Shown here piece after piece: positions 13,468-25,756 of a stretch of DNA of 64,000 bases. The notes under the pieces are model-generated. The model did not search any database and had not been told where the DNA came from. It saw nothing but the letters and a program-made list of their open reading frames with translations. Every line of letters starts with the position of its first letter. Positions within the stretch are counted from its first letter, which is position 1. The stretch is taken from positions 37,820,001-37,884,000 of the forward strand of contig OX597817.1 in NCBI GenBank assembly GCA_951406725.2, written 5' to 3'. The position numbers were made by a program, and so were the translations under genes. The stretch is from Octopus vulgaris. Lineage: Eukaryota.

Positions 13468-13841
13468 AGTGTACATTTAAACACATAAGAGATGGCCATA
13501 ATCAGACATCTAAACCGCTAGAAGGAGTAGTTAAAATCCAAAACCACAATTAGGGGTAATTTCGAAAGGGAATGAAAAATAAAAACATTTACCATCTATT
13601 TCCTGGACCATGGTTTCGAGCAATCTTCAGCAAATAAAGTAATTTGCTAGGCGTTCACCTTGCAAATTACTTTATTTGCTGAAGATTGCTCGAAACCATG
13701 GTCCAGGAAATAGATGGTAAATGTTTTTATTTTTCATTCCCTTTCGAAATTACCCCTAATTGTGGTTTTGGATTTTAACTACTCCTTCTAGCAGTTTAGA
13801 TGTCCGATTATGGCCATCTCTTATATGTTTAAATGTACACT
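13468..13841. repeat. Near-perfect 180-bp palindrome (foldback) containing a hammerhead-like motif
   Basis: Arms 13468-13647 and 13662-13841 with about 3 mismatches, a 14-nt loop and (TA)n flanks. Confidence 0.95.
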
Positions 13842-13861
13842 ATATATATATATATATATTA

Positions 13862-14050
13862 TGGAGTGGCTGTGTGGTAAGTAGCTTGCTTACCAACCAC
13901 ATGGTTCCGTGTTCAGTCTACTTTCGCCTTGGACCAACCAAAGCCTTGTGAGTGGATTTAGTAAACAGAAACTGAAAGAAGCCCGTCATAAATATATATA
14001 TATATATATATATACATCATTATCATCATCATCATGATATATATATGTGT

Positions 14051-14089
<39 letters not shown>

Positions 14090-14292
14090 CGTGTGCGTCT
14101 GTGTTTGTCTCCCCTCTCCTCATCGCTTGACAACCGATATTGGTGTGTTTACGTTCCCGTAACTTAGCGGTTTGGCAAAAGAGACCTATAGAATAAGTAC
14201 TAGGCTTACAAAGAATAAGTTCTGGGGTCGATTTGTTCGACTAACGGCAGTGCTCCAGCATAGTCGCAGTCAAAATGACTGAAATAAATAAA
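13862..14292 (+). mobile_element. SINE family A, full length
   Basis: Consensus head, internal microsatellite and tail. Confidence 0.9.
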
Positions 14293-14499
14293 TGTACATA
14301 TATATATATATATGCATACATCAACACACATCGTTTTACTTGTTTCAGTCATTGGATTGCGGCCATGCTGGGGCATGTGCAGGGTGGGGGTGTATAATTT
14401 GACAGCCGTGTTTCTATCCACCAAATTCCACAGAGAAGGAATTGGTCAACTTGAAGACAAGGATAGAGAGACAACTTGACAAAAGAAATCGAAAAGCTT

Positions 14500-16908
14500 G
14501 AGTTGAGAAGCTGTAGAATGAGAGAAAAAAAATATATATATAAGAAATAGTTATAGCTAATGAGGGAGGAAAACCAGGTAATCAGTGATACAGATGAGAT
14601 ATTGGAAGGGAAAGGTAGAGGGGAAAAAAGAGAGAAATATAGAGAACGAGAGAGAGAGAGGAAAGAAGAAATGGATTTAAAGAGAGATAGAATTGATTAT
14701 AAATAACAAGAGTTAGAAGAGAAAAGCAGAGAAAGATATGTATTTCTTAAGGATAATAGAGGAATAGTAAGTGCGTGAGTGAGAGAGGAGGAGAGAGAGA
14801 GAGGGAGAGAGAGAGTCTGTTAGATTTGACTAAACAGAATGGCCGAAGCAAGCGAAACAAACGAAGCTAAGCTACATCAGGTATGGAACACTAAAACTGA
14901 TACAATTTTAAATGTAAACTCTTGCAAAGCGGGAGAAAAGAAAGATGAATTCTCATTGCCAGCATTTACTGATTTCCATATAAATATAAGAATAACAAAC
15001 AATCATGTAATTCGTCCCCACATTCACTTTCGTATTTGTTTATATCTTAGGTCTTGTTTTAGAAATATTGTATTTGATATTTAAAGCACATTTCAAACTC
15101 TTCTTTGACAATTTTTAGCTGTCATGTGATGTTGTGCAATGTTGTTATTATTATTATTATCTTTCTTTTTGTCGCGCCGCATGTTTATATTTGTGTTAGA
15201 AATATGATCTGTAATTATTTTGGCATTTCTTACCATATCTAGCTTTCTAGATATTAACAGCTCGTCAGCTGTTTTTGCTGTGTGCTGTCCCGATTTACCT
15301 GTTTACTTACTCACTTAGGTAATACTTAAAACTTTAAGGGTTACTTGAGGAAATATATCTATATACACAAACATTAACACATCGCATAGATCCCCACCTT
15401 TACTTGTAATGTACGTCACACATGTCATTCCAGCGAGTGTTTTAGGCAAAATTCAATCCGCCACAGGCAATGATGATATCCATTTCTTTTCTAATTGCTA
15501 TGATTATCAAACTATATTAATGAGATATTGTTCATACACCATTGAACATACAAAAAATATGTATTTCATCGTTGATTTTTTTTTTCTAATCAGAATTTTT
15601 TAAGTTGAGTATTCAGGTGTGTATATTCGTTCACTGATATAATTTTCGAGACCCCTAAAAAAAAATGTCAAGTTAGACTTAATACTTACCATCTTTAACA
15701 CAAGGGAATTATTGTTGCTAATATAACGGTTTAAACTAGGAATCGAAACCGAGTTTCGGGTACAATTCGCCGAGAACTTGTCTCACTATATACAGTACTT
15801 GATGGTTCGATCTGCTAGAAATACCAGCCAAATTTATTTGCAGCCATGGATACTGCCTTAAAGAAAAAAAAGGTTGGGGAACACTTCCGATATGTAGTCC
15901 TGCTTATAGAAACAATATTCTTAAACAAAATAATGAATCGAGACTTAACAGCATTACTTTTACTTTCAGTTATAACCATAAATCGGACAACCTTTATTGC
16001 TTGTGTGTTGTAGATGTTTATGTCAGGCCGTCCTGCAATACATATATATATATATTTGTATATAGAAAAAATGTTGGCTGTGCCTAAATTTATTTCAGTT
16101 GTGTTTTTGTAGACTGTAGGTTTCTAACCTCAAATATATGCGAAAAATATAAACTCAGTTATATTTCTCATAATGAAAGTAAACACGTAAACAAAAAGAA
16201 AAAAAAAAGCTCAATAAGTATTTTTAAAAATATGCAATTATCTTTATTTTCAGTATAACAATTTTATATGTTTTCAAAAATAATATAAGAACGTCTGGGA
16301 GAGTGTTTAGGTTCGATCCGAACTGAAGGCTATAAAACGTTTCCCTTTTTACTCTTTTTTTTTTTTTTTTTTGGTTTCATTTCAGCTAAAGAAATTGTTT
16401 TGATACTGCTATTATTATTTTACGACTAATTTATACAAATGAAAGTATATAGATATGTGTGTGTTTCTGTGTAATATAATATATATATGCGCAAAATTCT
16501 AGCTAGAAAGCAACTACAAACGCGTGTGTAGATGAGTTTGTTTACTTACCGAATTACTTGTGAATTTCGTACACAGAGGTTCAAATTGGTGCGGTTTCTT
16601 ATAAAAACAAAACATTTAAAATTGCACACGTATAAACATTATATCTTTTGATCCACTCCTAATTGTTTGAAGGAAAGCGACAGAAAAGCAAAATATTCTT
16701 TTCTATTCTAGTCTCAAGGCCCGAAATTTTAGGGGATGGGACCTGTTGATTAGATATACTCCAGTACACAACTGGTACTTAATTTATCGACCCTGAAAGG
16801 ATGAAAGGCAAAGTCGACCTCGGCGGAATTAGAACTCAGAACATAAAGACAGGCGAAACACCGCTAAATATTTCGCTCGGCGTGCTAACGTTTCTGCCAA
16901 CTTGCCGC

Positions 16909-16946
<38 letters not shown>

Positions 16947-17080
16947 ATATTGTAACAAGCACACATTTTCTAAAAGGGCTAATTCGAAACCGAATTACAG
17001 ATACAGCTCGTCAAGCGCTTACCTTTTGTGGAACTGAGCAACTTGTGCAAAAGCGCGAAGGAAGGTGGTCCTTCGTTCCC
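14500..17080 (-). promoter_or_regulatory. Candidate promoter or first-exon region of a leftward gene
   Basis: Repeat-poor, CpG-retaining DNA with a GA-rich tract (14520-14815). Minus-strand consensus donors: GTAAGT at 15310, 15689 (ATG|GTAAGT) and 16549; GTAAGC at 17022. Confidence 0.3.
16697..16910 (-). mobile_element. SINE family B (Meta-domain-like)
   Basis: Reverse complement reads GAGTTC.AATTCCGCCGAGGTCGACTTTGCCTTTCATCCTTTC.GGGTCGATAAA..AAGTACCAG. Confidence 0.8.
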
Positions 17081-17894
17081 GGCATTAATTCAAGATATGT
17101 TTATTGTTGTTCGGCCCCAGTTGTAAACTGATCGATGGTTAAAGGTGTTTGAATCATGACCGTGGTACATCTTGGATTACGTTATTTAATGCGTTTAAGA
17201 TGGCATGTGTGGTTTGCGGAAGATTCTTTCACTATATGAACTTTGCAGGGGTTTTGTTTTCTTATAATTTAAGCCCCAGCAAAGCAGACCTATAATGAAA
17301 GGCATTCCAGCTGTGACCATCCCATTTTACAGGATTATTTGAAACTACAATTTCTAATTTATCTTGTCCTTATTTAACACAGTAGATTTTATTAATATGT
17401 GGCTGCTATTTCTAACTTCGCCTTTGGCTTGTAGTTTTACTGCCATTATTTTCAATTTCTTTCACAAAGTAATTGGTAAACTATAGCGTCATTGGTTACA
17501 GATTTCCTCCGAGCAAGAACTATAAAATTTAAGAACTATAAAATTTTAGCTTCTTTCAAAGTTGAAGTAATTTTTCTTCCAAGTTAGCCTTGACCAAGCA
17601 GAACTAACCTTAGGGGCATTCCAACCCTGACTATCCCATCTTTTATTTCTTTCATTCATTTATAGTGCAATCAGGATCACATTTTTCAATGTGCTTACCT
17701 TTTTAAAAGACAATAGTATCTTACTTGGTTGCTGTCTCCTGCAGGTAGCGCCATTACGCAGAGCATCCTTCATTCATGCATGACATTTAAAATCGTACCT
17801 ACGCAGTTGTTATTTTTTTTTCTATCTATATATTTTAATACATATTTAAACCCTTTTTTTTTTTTGAAAACCTACTTTAGATTATACTGCGTTT

Positions 17895-18240
17895 TTAAAT
17901 TTTTTTATTTAAGTCATTAGATTACGGCCATGCTGGGGCACAGCCTTGAAATAGTTTAATTGATCAAAGCAACCTCAGTACCTTTTGTTTTTAAGACTGG
18001 TACTTATTCTATCGGCTCCTTTTTGCCGAACCGCTAGCTACACGGACGTAATCAAATCAATACCGGTTGCCTAGTGACTAGGGGGTGGACAAACACAAAG
18101 ACACCACACACACACACACACATACATGACGGGCTGCTACATAGTTTCCAAATTCACTTACAAGGTATTGGTCGATTGGAGACTGAACCTGAAACCACTT
18201 GGTTGCGAAGCGAAATTCTTAACCACACAATTATACCTGC
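17895..18240 (-). mobile_element. Diverged SINE family A
   Basis: Recognisable tail and head segments. Confidence 0.7.
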
Positions 18241-18909
18241 TTCTCAATTTTTCTTTCTTTTTAATCTCTGGTAAATGGAGATATTTGCGTAGATAATTGA
18301 TGGAGCAATTAAGAAATATTTCATAGGAATTTTAATAATTTCTGTTTTTGTGGATTTTTCTGTGTTTAGTAAACATGGGCAGCCTTTTTCAAGAAGGGAG
18401 CCGCATGAAACATGATCATCATCAAGCGGGCCCCGCACTACAAAAAAATTTCAAGTAATTTTTCGTTTGAGCGTGCCATTCAGAATGTCTCCGGACTACA
18501 TGTGGCCCGCGAACCGCAGGTTGTGGATGACTGATAGAAACAGAAGGGGGGGGACTCTGACTCTTAATCGAAAATAGTTCTTTTGCAACCCTAAAAATTA
18601 GTAACGGGGCGATGTTTATCCTTGTAAAAAGAAATATGGCCTAATCAATGGTTAGGAGCTGTGCCCATGAACCTTTCAGGGCCTACCAATCTGGCGAGAA
18701 TTTTGCAGGGCCTACCAATTTGCGAAAGTCGCTATTGAAAAAAAAATTTTTTTTTTTAAAGCGTTGACGAAGGGATTCTAAATAGCTGACGGTCTATGGA
18801 GGAAGAATTGAGAAAATGGTTAGATAAGGATGGTCGGTAATGATGGCTGGCATAGGTGGAACCGGGATGATGATATGTAACTAGTTCTGTTGTAGTTGAA
18901 AAAAAAAAC

Positions 18910-19280
18910 GCTGTGTGGTAACAAGTTTGCTTCCCAACCACATGGTTCCGGGTTCAGTCCCACTGCATGGCACCTTGGACAAGGATCTTCTACTATAACC
19001 TCGAGCTGACCAGAGCTTTCCGAGTGGATTTGGTAGACTCAAACCGAAAGAAGCTCGTCGTGTATATTTGTGTGTGTGTTTGCATTATTTGTGTTTGTCC
19101 CTCGCAACCGCTTGATAACCAGTGTTAGTTTGATTACGTCCCCGTAACTTGGTGGTTCGAAAAAAGAGACCGATAGAATAAGTACCAGGTTTAAAAAGCA
19201 AGTACTCGGGTCGAATCATTCGACTAAAAGCCCCTTCGAGGAGGTGCTTCAGCATGGCCACAGTCTAATGACTGAAACGA
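18910..19280 (+). mobile_element. SINE family A
   Basis: CCAACCACATGGTTCCGGGTTCAGTCCCACTG through to AATGACTGAAAC. Confidence 0.85.
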
Positions 19281-19330
19281 GTAGCCGTCACGCGCAAGCG
19301 AGTATGACTTGGTAGCTTGTTCCAGGTTTT

Positions 19331-19752
19331 GGATCTTTTCGGTTTGAACGGCAGTTTTTAACATAATTTCTAGGTAACTAAAAAATTTGAAACTTCGTAT
19401 ACTGGTAGAATGTGTTTATAAAACATCTTTTTCTCTTGGTTTTATTAACAAAATTCTATAGTTTGTAAGATATTTGTTGTTTTTTTTCTTCAATTTCTGC
19501 AGTTTCAACCAACCGCTGACGTCTATTGAGGTAAAAAACATTCTGTGCCGTATGAATATGTCTCTCGTTTAAGAAACAGATTGGGTTTATTTACATTTGT
19601 GAAGAAAAAAAAATACCCTTCTCCCACTCCTAACCCTAACTCTAACCCTAAAACAGATTGAAATACAACAGATCGATACTAGGGTCATAATTATGGGTGA
19701 CAATTTCATATGACACCGCTAGAAAAAACTGCCGTTCAAACCGAAAAGATCC
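19331..19752. mobile_element. Merlin-like MITE (about 420 bp), copy 1
   Basis: 29-bp TIR GGATCTTTTCGGTTTGAACGGCAGTTTTT; 8-bp TSD CAGGTTTT/CAAGTTTT; internal (TAACCC)n. Confidence 0.85.
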
Positions 19753-20109
19753 CAAGTTTTCGCTAATTGTCTTTGGTGCCTATGAAGTTCTGAGCAGACA
19801 TGAGCCTCCTCTCACCCCCTCCCACCCATGACCCAGTGTAACATTCAAGACGTGACATCTAGAGGGACAGAGAACGGTGGTGATAAGGAGTGGGGCTACA
19901 CCAGTACGGGTAATAAATCTTTATTTGAGAAAATTGAAGCAACGAGAAATGAAGTTCCTTAATCAAGGATACCACGAGCCGCTCGGAACAGGAAACGAAC
20001 CTACAACATCATGATCGCAAGTTCAGTATACACCCGCTAGGACACGCGCTTTTACAGAACCTGTTGTAATAATTGTGGTAGAGAAGAGAGAGAGAGGCAG
20101 CAATAACGA

Positions 20110-21820
20110 ATACTCAATTCACTCAGTAACGAACACACTTCAGCCCCTGGCTCACACGCTTGCTTGTCACCTCTCTGTCTTTTTTTATCCGAACAATAAT
20201 AGCTTTCGCTGCCCGGAGCTGGGTGGTTTTGTACCTCCATCACTTAGGCACCTTCGTCTGATTCGTCTCTCCCACTCTCGTCACCTATTCTGCAAACCCC
20301 TTCTTATTTCTTTACTACCCACAAAGGGCTACACACAGAGAGGACAAACAAGGACAGAAACACGGATTAAGTCGATTACATCAACCCCAGTGTGTAACTG
20401 GTACTTAATTTATCGACCCCGAAAGGATGAAAGGCAAAGTCGACCTCGGTGGAATTTGAACTCAGAACGTAACGGCAGACGAAATACCTATTTCTTTACT
20501 ACCCACAAGGGGCTAAACACAGAGGGGACAAACAAGGACAGACACACGGATTAAGTCGATTACATCAACCCCAGTGTGTAACTGGTATTTAATTTATCGA
20601 CCCCGAAAGGATGAAAGGCAAAGTCGACCTCGGCGGAATTTGAACTCAGAACGTAACGGCAGACGAAATACCTATTTCTTTACTACCCACAAGGGGTTAA
20701 ACACAGAGAGGATAAACAAGGACAGACACGGATTAAGTCGATTACATCAACCCCAGTGTGTAACTGGTATTTAATTTATCGACCCCGAAAGGATGAAAGG
20801 CAAAGTCGACCTCGGCGGAATTTGAACTCAGAACGTAGCAGCAGACGAAATACTGCTAAGCATTTCGCCCGGCGTGCTAACGTTTCTGCCAGCTCGCCGC
20901 CTTCTACCCCAACATTGACCACTATATCCCTTTCTACCCAGCACGTCATTTCTCACCAATCTCAAAAGTCCTGCAAGCGACATGGGTAGCATCCTTTCCT
21001 CCAAATTCAGAAAGTAAAAATGTACTGCAGGGTTGTACTGCAGTGTGTTGTTAAATGACTTGCAATCAATAGTATACCCTTCTTTTGGGTCTGTTCTATG
21101 GCATTTAAAATTATTTGCCTCTGGCTGCAGTGTAAGGTTATTTATGAGGAAGGCGAGTACTGTTTTTATGTTATGAATAGCGCCTGGAGAAATCATCAGA
21201 GACTGTATGGAGTTGTCAATAAGGTTTAATTGGGGATTAGTGTTCTGGTGATAGAGAGTTGGGAATAAATATATGCAAAAAATTACGCAAACCAGACATT
21301 TTTCTTTTCTTTTGTTTGTTTGTTTTTTTTTCCTTTTTACTTGCTGAGTTTGGAGGAAAGGGTGCTGCCCATGTCTCTTGCAGGCCTTTTGGGATCGGTG
21401 GGGTTGATGCCGTTTAAACTGTTACAGGTCAGCACCTGCAAGGAAGAGATAGCAAAGGACTGACATGCTTGGGAGTGTTATGTAATCATCACAACAAACA
21501 TGAACAATCAACGTTGCCCATTGTCTCCCTTGATACAAGGACATTCAGTAAGTTTCCCGCCACAACAAATACCTTGTACAACAACAGGGAGAAATGAATG
21601 GGATATAGTGGTTAATGTGGGGCCGAAGGGGCACGCAGAATGGGTGTCGAGAGTGGAAGAGGCGAATGAAACGAGGGCGCCTGAGTGGTGGAGGTATGAA
21701 ATCATCCAGCTCCGAGCAGCGAAAGCTATTACAGTTCGGATAAAAAAACACAGAGCGGTGAAAAGCAAGCCTGTGAGCCAGAGGCTGGAGTGTGTTCTTT
21801 ATTGAGTGAATGCCAGTCAA
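20110..21820. mobile_element. Old long-TIR foldback element with a SINE B trimer inserted in its left arm
   Basis: 20110-20300 plus 20904-20930 is the inverse of about 21600-21820. An inner pair at 20960-21020 and 21335-21395 is also inverted. Confidence 0.75.
20302..20903 (-). mobile_element. SINE family B with triplicated about 183-bp body
   Basis: Three near-identical units of ATTTCTTTACTACCCAC...GACGAAATAC and a single head at about 20900. Confidence 0.9.
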
Positions 21821-21851
21821 TCAAGAGGCCCATCTCTGAGTGCGATCCAGG

Positions 21852-22019
21852 CAGGGCCGGCTCAAGGAACCGGCAACTCGAGCAGTCACTAGGGGCGCCA
21901 TGTGCTAGGGGACGTCAAGGAGGATGTGACATAGACATGGAATTTTCCACGACCATTAACTTTTATACACGCTGAAGTTTAACTTGCCTAGGGCGCCAGC
22001 AACTCTAGGGCTGGCCCTG
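21852..22019. mobile_element. hAT-type MITE (168 bp)
   Basis: TIR CAGGGCCGGC...GCTGGCCCTG; imperfect 8-bp TSD GATCCAGG/GATTCAGA. Confidence 0.75.
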
Positions 22020-22407
22020 GATTCAGAATACCTGTGTGCGTAGGAGCAGCAGCACCGTCTTAGATGTAGACGTAGTTCTTCATTGTGGACCTCGCTTGAG
22101 TTTTGTAGATTTACGTTTTACTTTCGGATTCGTTGCAGCCTGAAGAACGCCCACTCATATAGTTGACGTTGTTTATAGATATCAGAGAAATCTGAATTAA
22201 TTGTCTTATTATCTACAAATCTGCCCCCAACATGAGCATGTGTTGATTCTGACTGAGACTCAATTAGGTAGAATTAAATATCCTTTCAGTTGTCTTTCGA
22301 AGGGTTATAGCTTCAAAATTATCGAGCTAGCGAGTGAGCCTCTACGACAGCGGCTCTCATGGATCATTGATATTCCATAGATTTAATGGTCTATGACATA
22401 ATTTTTG

Positions 22408-22527
<120 letters not shown>

Positions 22528-22598
22528 ATGTTGATTCGCTAGCTTCTGCACGCATTTTTTTTCTCTCCTTGTTTCTCTCCGTGTTTCTTTTCTGTGTA

Positions 22599-22636
22599 TC
22601 TTTCTGTTGAAGAGCGTAGGCTCGAAACGTAAAAGA
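22599..22636 (+). ncRNA. Minimal type I hammerhead-ribozyme-like motif (A6U core variant)
   Basis: Stem I TCTTT/AAAGA; core CTGTTGA+A; stem II GAGC-GTAG-GCTC; GAAA; palindromic ACGT stem III; GUA triplet. Lies within a TA-embedded repeat at 22524-22735. Confidence 0.6.
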
Positions 22637-22732
22637 CTTGTTTTATTTATATTCCTGAGCGCCATACTAATACAATTGTTTGTTTGTATTCCACCTGCCT
22701 TCGTCTTTTGTTTATTTTCATAAAGCTTCCCG

Positions 22733-22797
<65 letters not shown>

Positions 22798-22801
<4 letters not shown>

Positions 22802-23621
22802 TTGCGATAGAAAAATTGTCACGAAATTAAAACTATGAAATGGCACCAATTTAAAAATATAAATGGAAAAAATTTGAAAATATAAAACATAAAATGCCGC
22901 CATTTTATATTTCTAATTTCACGCATGCGCATTGTTTGTTTTTGATTTTGTCGACTACACAGTATCGTAGGGTCAGTTGGGCACCGTCTGCGAGAAAAAC
23001 AGCACGTATACAGAGACTGATAAAAATCAAACATCCAGTCAATATCATGGTGTTCGGCGTGATCAATAGTGATGGCGACGTTATTAATTTTCCTACGGGG
23101 CCTCAGACTCAACACGCAGGCCTACATCAAGTGCCTGGAGGAGGTTGTGCTGCCCTGGGTGAAGATGGTATCTGCTGGAAGACCCTATGTCTGGCCACAT
23201 GACTCTGTACCATGCCACACAAGCTGGGGAACCCAGTTATAGTTGTCAGACAATTTCTGCGACCACATCACCCCCTAACATCTGGCCTCCTAACTCTCCA
23301 GTCTACAACCCTCTTGATTATGTGAGGGGCACAGTTGAGCAAGAGACCAACAAAACTCCTTGTAACACCAAACTTGAACTGAAAGCAAGGATTATGGCAG
23401 CATTCACCAACTTAAACAAGGAGACCATCCAGAAGCGTTGCAGAAGATTCCGAAGTCGTCTGGAGGCTGTGGTTGAAACCAATGGCGATTTTATGGAATA
23501 AATTTACGGTTTAGTATTTCAAGATATTTTTATGTAATTTTGGTAAATACATCCTTTAAAATGACATATCAGTGTTATTTTCATTTTTGCATAATTTAGA
23601 CGACAGTTTATTCACCGCAAC

Positions 23622-23624
<3 letters not shown>
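22798..23624 (+). mobile_element. Internally deleted Tc1/mariner maT (DD37D) element inserted in (TA)n
   Basis: Imperfect TIR (C/T)AGGTTGCG. Motifs KHPVNIMVFGVINSDGDV, HDSVPCH and WPPNSPVYNPLDY, with 37 residues between the last two Asp after correcting one frameshift. Confidence 0.9.
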
Positions 23625-23718
<94 letters not shown>

Positions 23719-23802
23719 AAATTTACAGAAAAACAAAAAACGAAGAAAGGTGTATGAACAACAAGCAGGTGCATTAGTTTGACGCTCGAGAAAGTGAGAA
23801 AG

Positions 23803-23840
23803 TCTTTTACATTTCGAGCCTATGGTCTTCAACAGAAAGA
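23803..23840 (-). ncRNA. Second copy of the CUGUNGA hammerhead-like motif (slightly decayed)
   Basis: Minus strand reads TCTTT-CTGTTGA-A-GACCATAGGCTC-GAAA-TGTA-AAAGA, within a repeat at 23715-23895. Confidence 0.45.
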
Positions 23841-24828
23841 AATACGAGAAAATAAACAGAGATTAGAATAAAATGACTGGAAGATTTAGCGGCCATATAT
23901 ATATATATATATATATACAAAAAATGGAACAAGAACAAAATACAAAGACGGACAACAGGAAAAACGACAAAAAGACAGGCAGAAGGAAACAGGGACGGGT
24001 CATTCGTGGCCTTCTCTCCTCAGTCAAGTTTCCAGATTGTCCTTACAGTTTCGACCGGTTTCACTTGAGACTGTTCAAATCTGGCTGGCCCCAAAAATCT
24101 AAACTAAGAGCATTAAATATTTTGAAAGAAAGCAAGCGAATGTGTACGACAACAAAGACAAAAAAAAAAAACGGAGAAAATGTTACACAATTACGAATAC
24201 AATCAAGAAAATAACAAGTGTTTTTCAGCTAATATAGACGAATCAAATTAAGCTGGTGTGTATGGAGTGAAAGCCTTGAGGCTGGAACATAGAGGAACAT
24301 AAGAGATGAAAGTTATGAGACACGAATATAAGAGATGCTTCGCGGCCGGCAGTCACGCCAAGAAAGAAAGACCATGCTTAGACCTCGTTTAGTCCTATCT
24401 GAGATTCGAAATTGAATCTAGAAATTCTCTCTAGCCATACGGCCTATTGTTCTGTCAAGGTGGAACGCAGATCTATGTGTTTTCCACTTGACTCTTAACC
24501 TTTTCTATGCCATGAAAAGTTGCAATAGATAAGGAATAACCTACATTAATGTAAACATTGCTAGAACGGTATACTTCTTTTTCTAGCTGGTCTGATATAT
24601 ATCTTTTTACTTGTTTCAGTCATTATACATCGCCCATGCTGGGGTACCGCTTTAAAGAATTTTTAGTCGAACGAATCGATTCCAGGATTTATTTTTTGTT
24701 AAGCCTGATACTTTATTCTATCGGTCTGTTTTGCCGAATCACTAAGTTACGGGGATATAAACACACCAACACCTAGCACTAGTTGTCAATTTGTAGTGTG
24801 GGACAGACACAGATACGAAGACACCCCA

Positions 24829-24830
<2 letters not shown>

Positions 24831-24901
<71 letters not shown>

Positions 24902-25105
24902 TGCATATATATATATATATATATACATATATGCATATATATATATATATATATACATATATGCATATATATATATATATATACATATATGCATATATAT
25001 ATATATATACATATATGCATATATATATATATATATACATATATGCATATATATATATATATACATATATGCATATATATATATATATACATATATGCAT
25101 ATATG

Positions 25106-25141
<36 letters not shown>

Positions 25142-25178
25142 CATATATGCATATATATATATATATATACATATATGC

Positions 25179-25209
<31 letters not shown>

Positions 25210-25212
25210 TGC

Positions 25213-25253
<41 letters not shown>

Positions 25254-25294
25254 CATATATGCATATATATATATATATATACATACATATATGC

Positions 25295-25325
<31 letters not shown>

Positions 25326-25433
25326 TGCATATATATATATATACATATATGCATATATATATACATATATGCATATATATATATATACATATATGCATAT
25401 ATATATACATATATGCATATATATATACATATA

Positions 25434-25481
<48 letters not shown>
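24831..25481. repeat. 650-bp compound (TA)n with periodic CATATATG interruptions
   Basis: Visible directly. It is the source of the spurious YIYI ORFs. Confidence 0.95.
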
Positions 25482-25487
<6 letters not shown>

Positions 25488-25568
25488 TAAGGGTAGAAAT
25501 TGATATTAATCAGTTAAAACCAGTGGCCTAGTATATTTAAATAATCCGAAGATTAAATTTTTTTTACT

Positions 25569-25720
25569 TACAAAATTTAGAGGATTGACCACTAAAAGTG
25601 GACAGCCTGTATGCTAGATATAGACGTCAAAATCGCCATTTTCTCCGTGGAAAATGGCGATTTTGACGTCTATATCTAGAGTACAAGCTGTCCACTTTTA
25701 GTGGTCAATCCTCTAAATTT

Positions 25721-25724
<4 letters not shown>
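25569..25724. repeat. About 75-bp inverted repeat with a 6-nt loop
   Basis: TACAAAATTTAGAGGATTGACC...CATTTTC, loop TCCGTG, GAAAATG...GGTCAATCCTCTAAATTTTGTA. Confidence 0.9.

Positions 25725-25756
<32 letters not shown>

Noticed and set aside
14400-14510. Exon after a strong minus-strand acceptor at 14511
   Set aside because: The sequence resembles a decayed SINE A fragment and lacks a good donor.
15682-15690. ATACTTACC resembling the U1 snRNA 5' end
   Set aside because: The downstream sequence does not match U1. It reads as a minus-strand splice donor.
24742-25490. Long ORFs of 165-235 aa
   Set aside because: They are translations of (TA)n microsatellite in all six frames.
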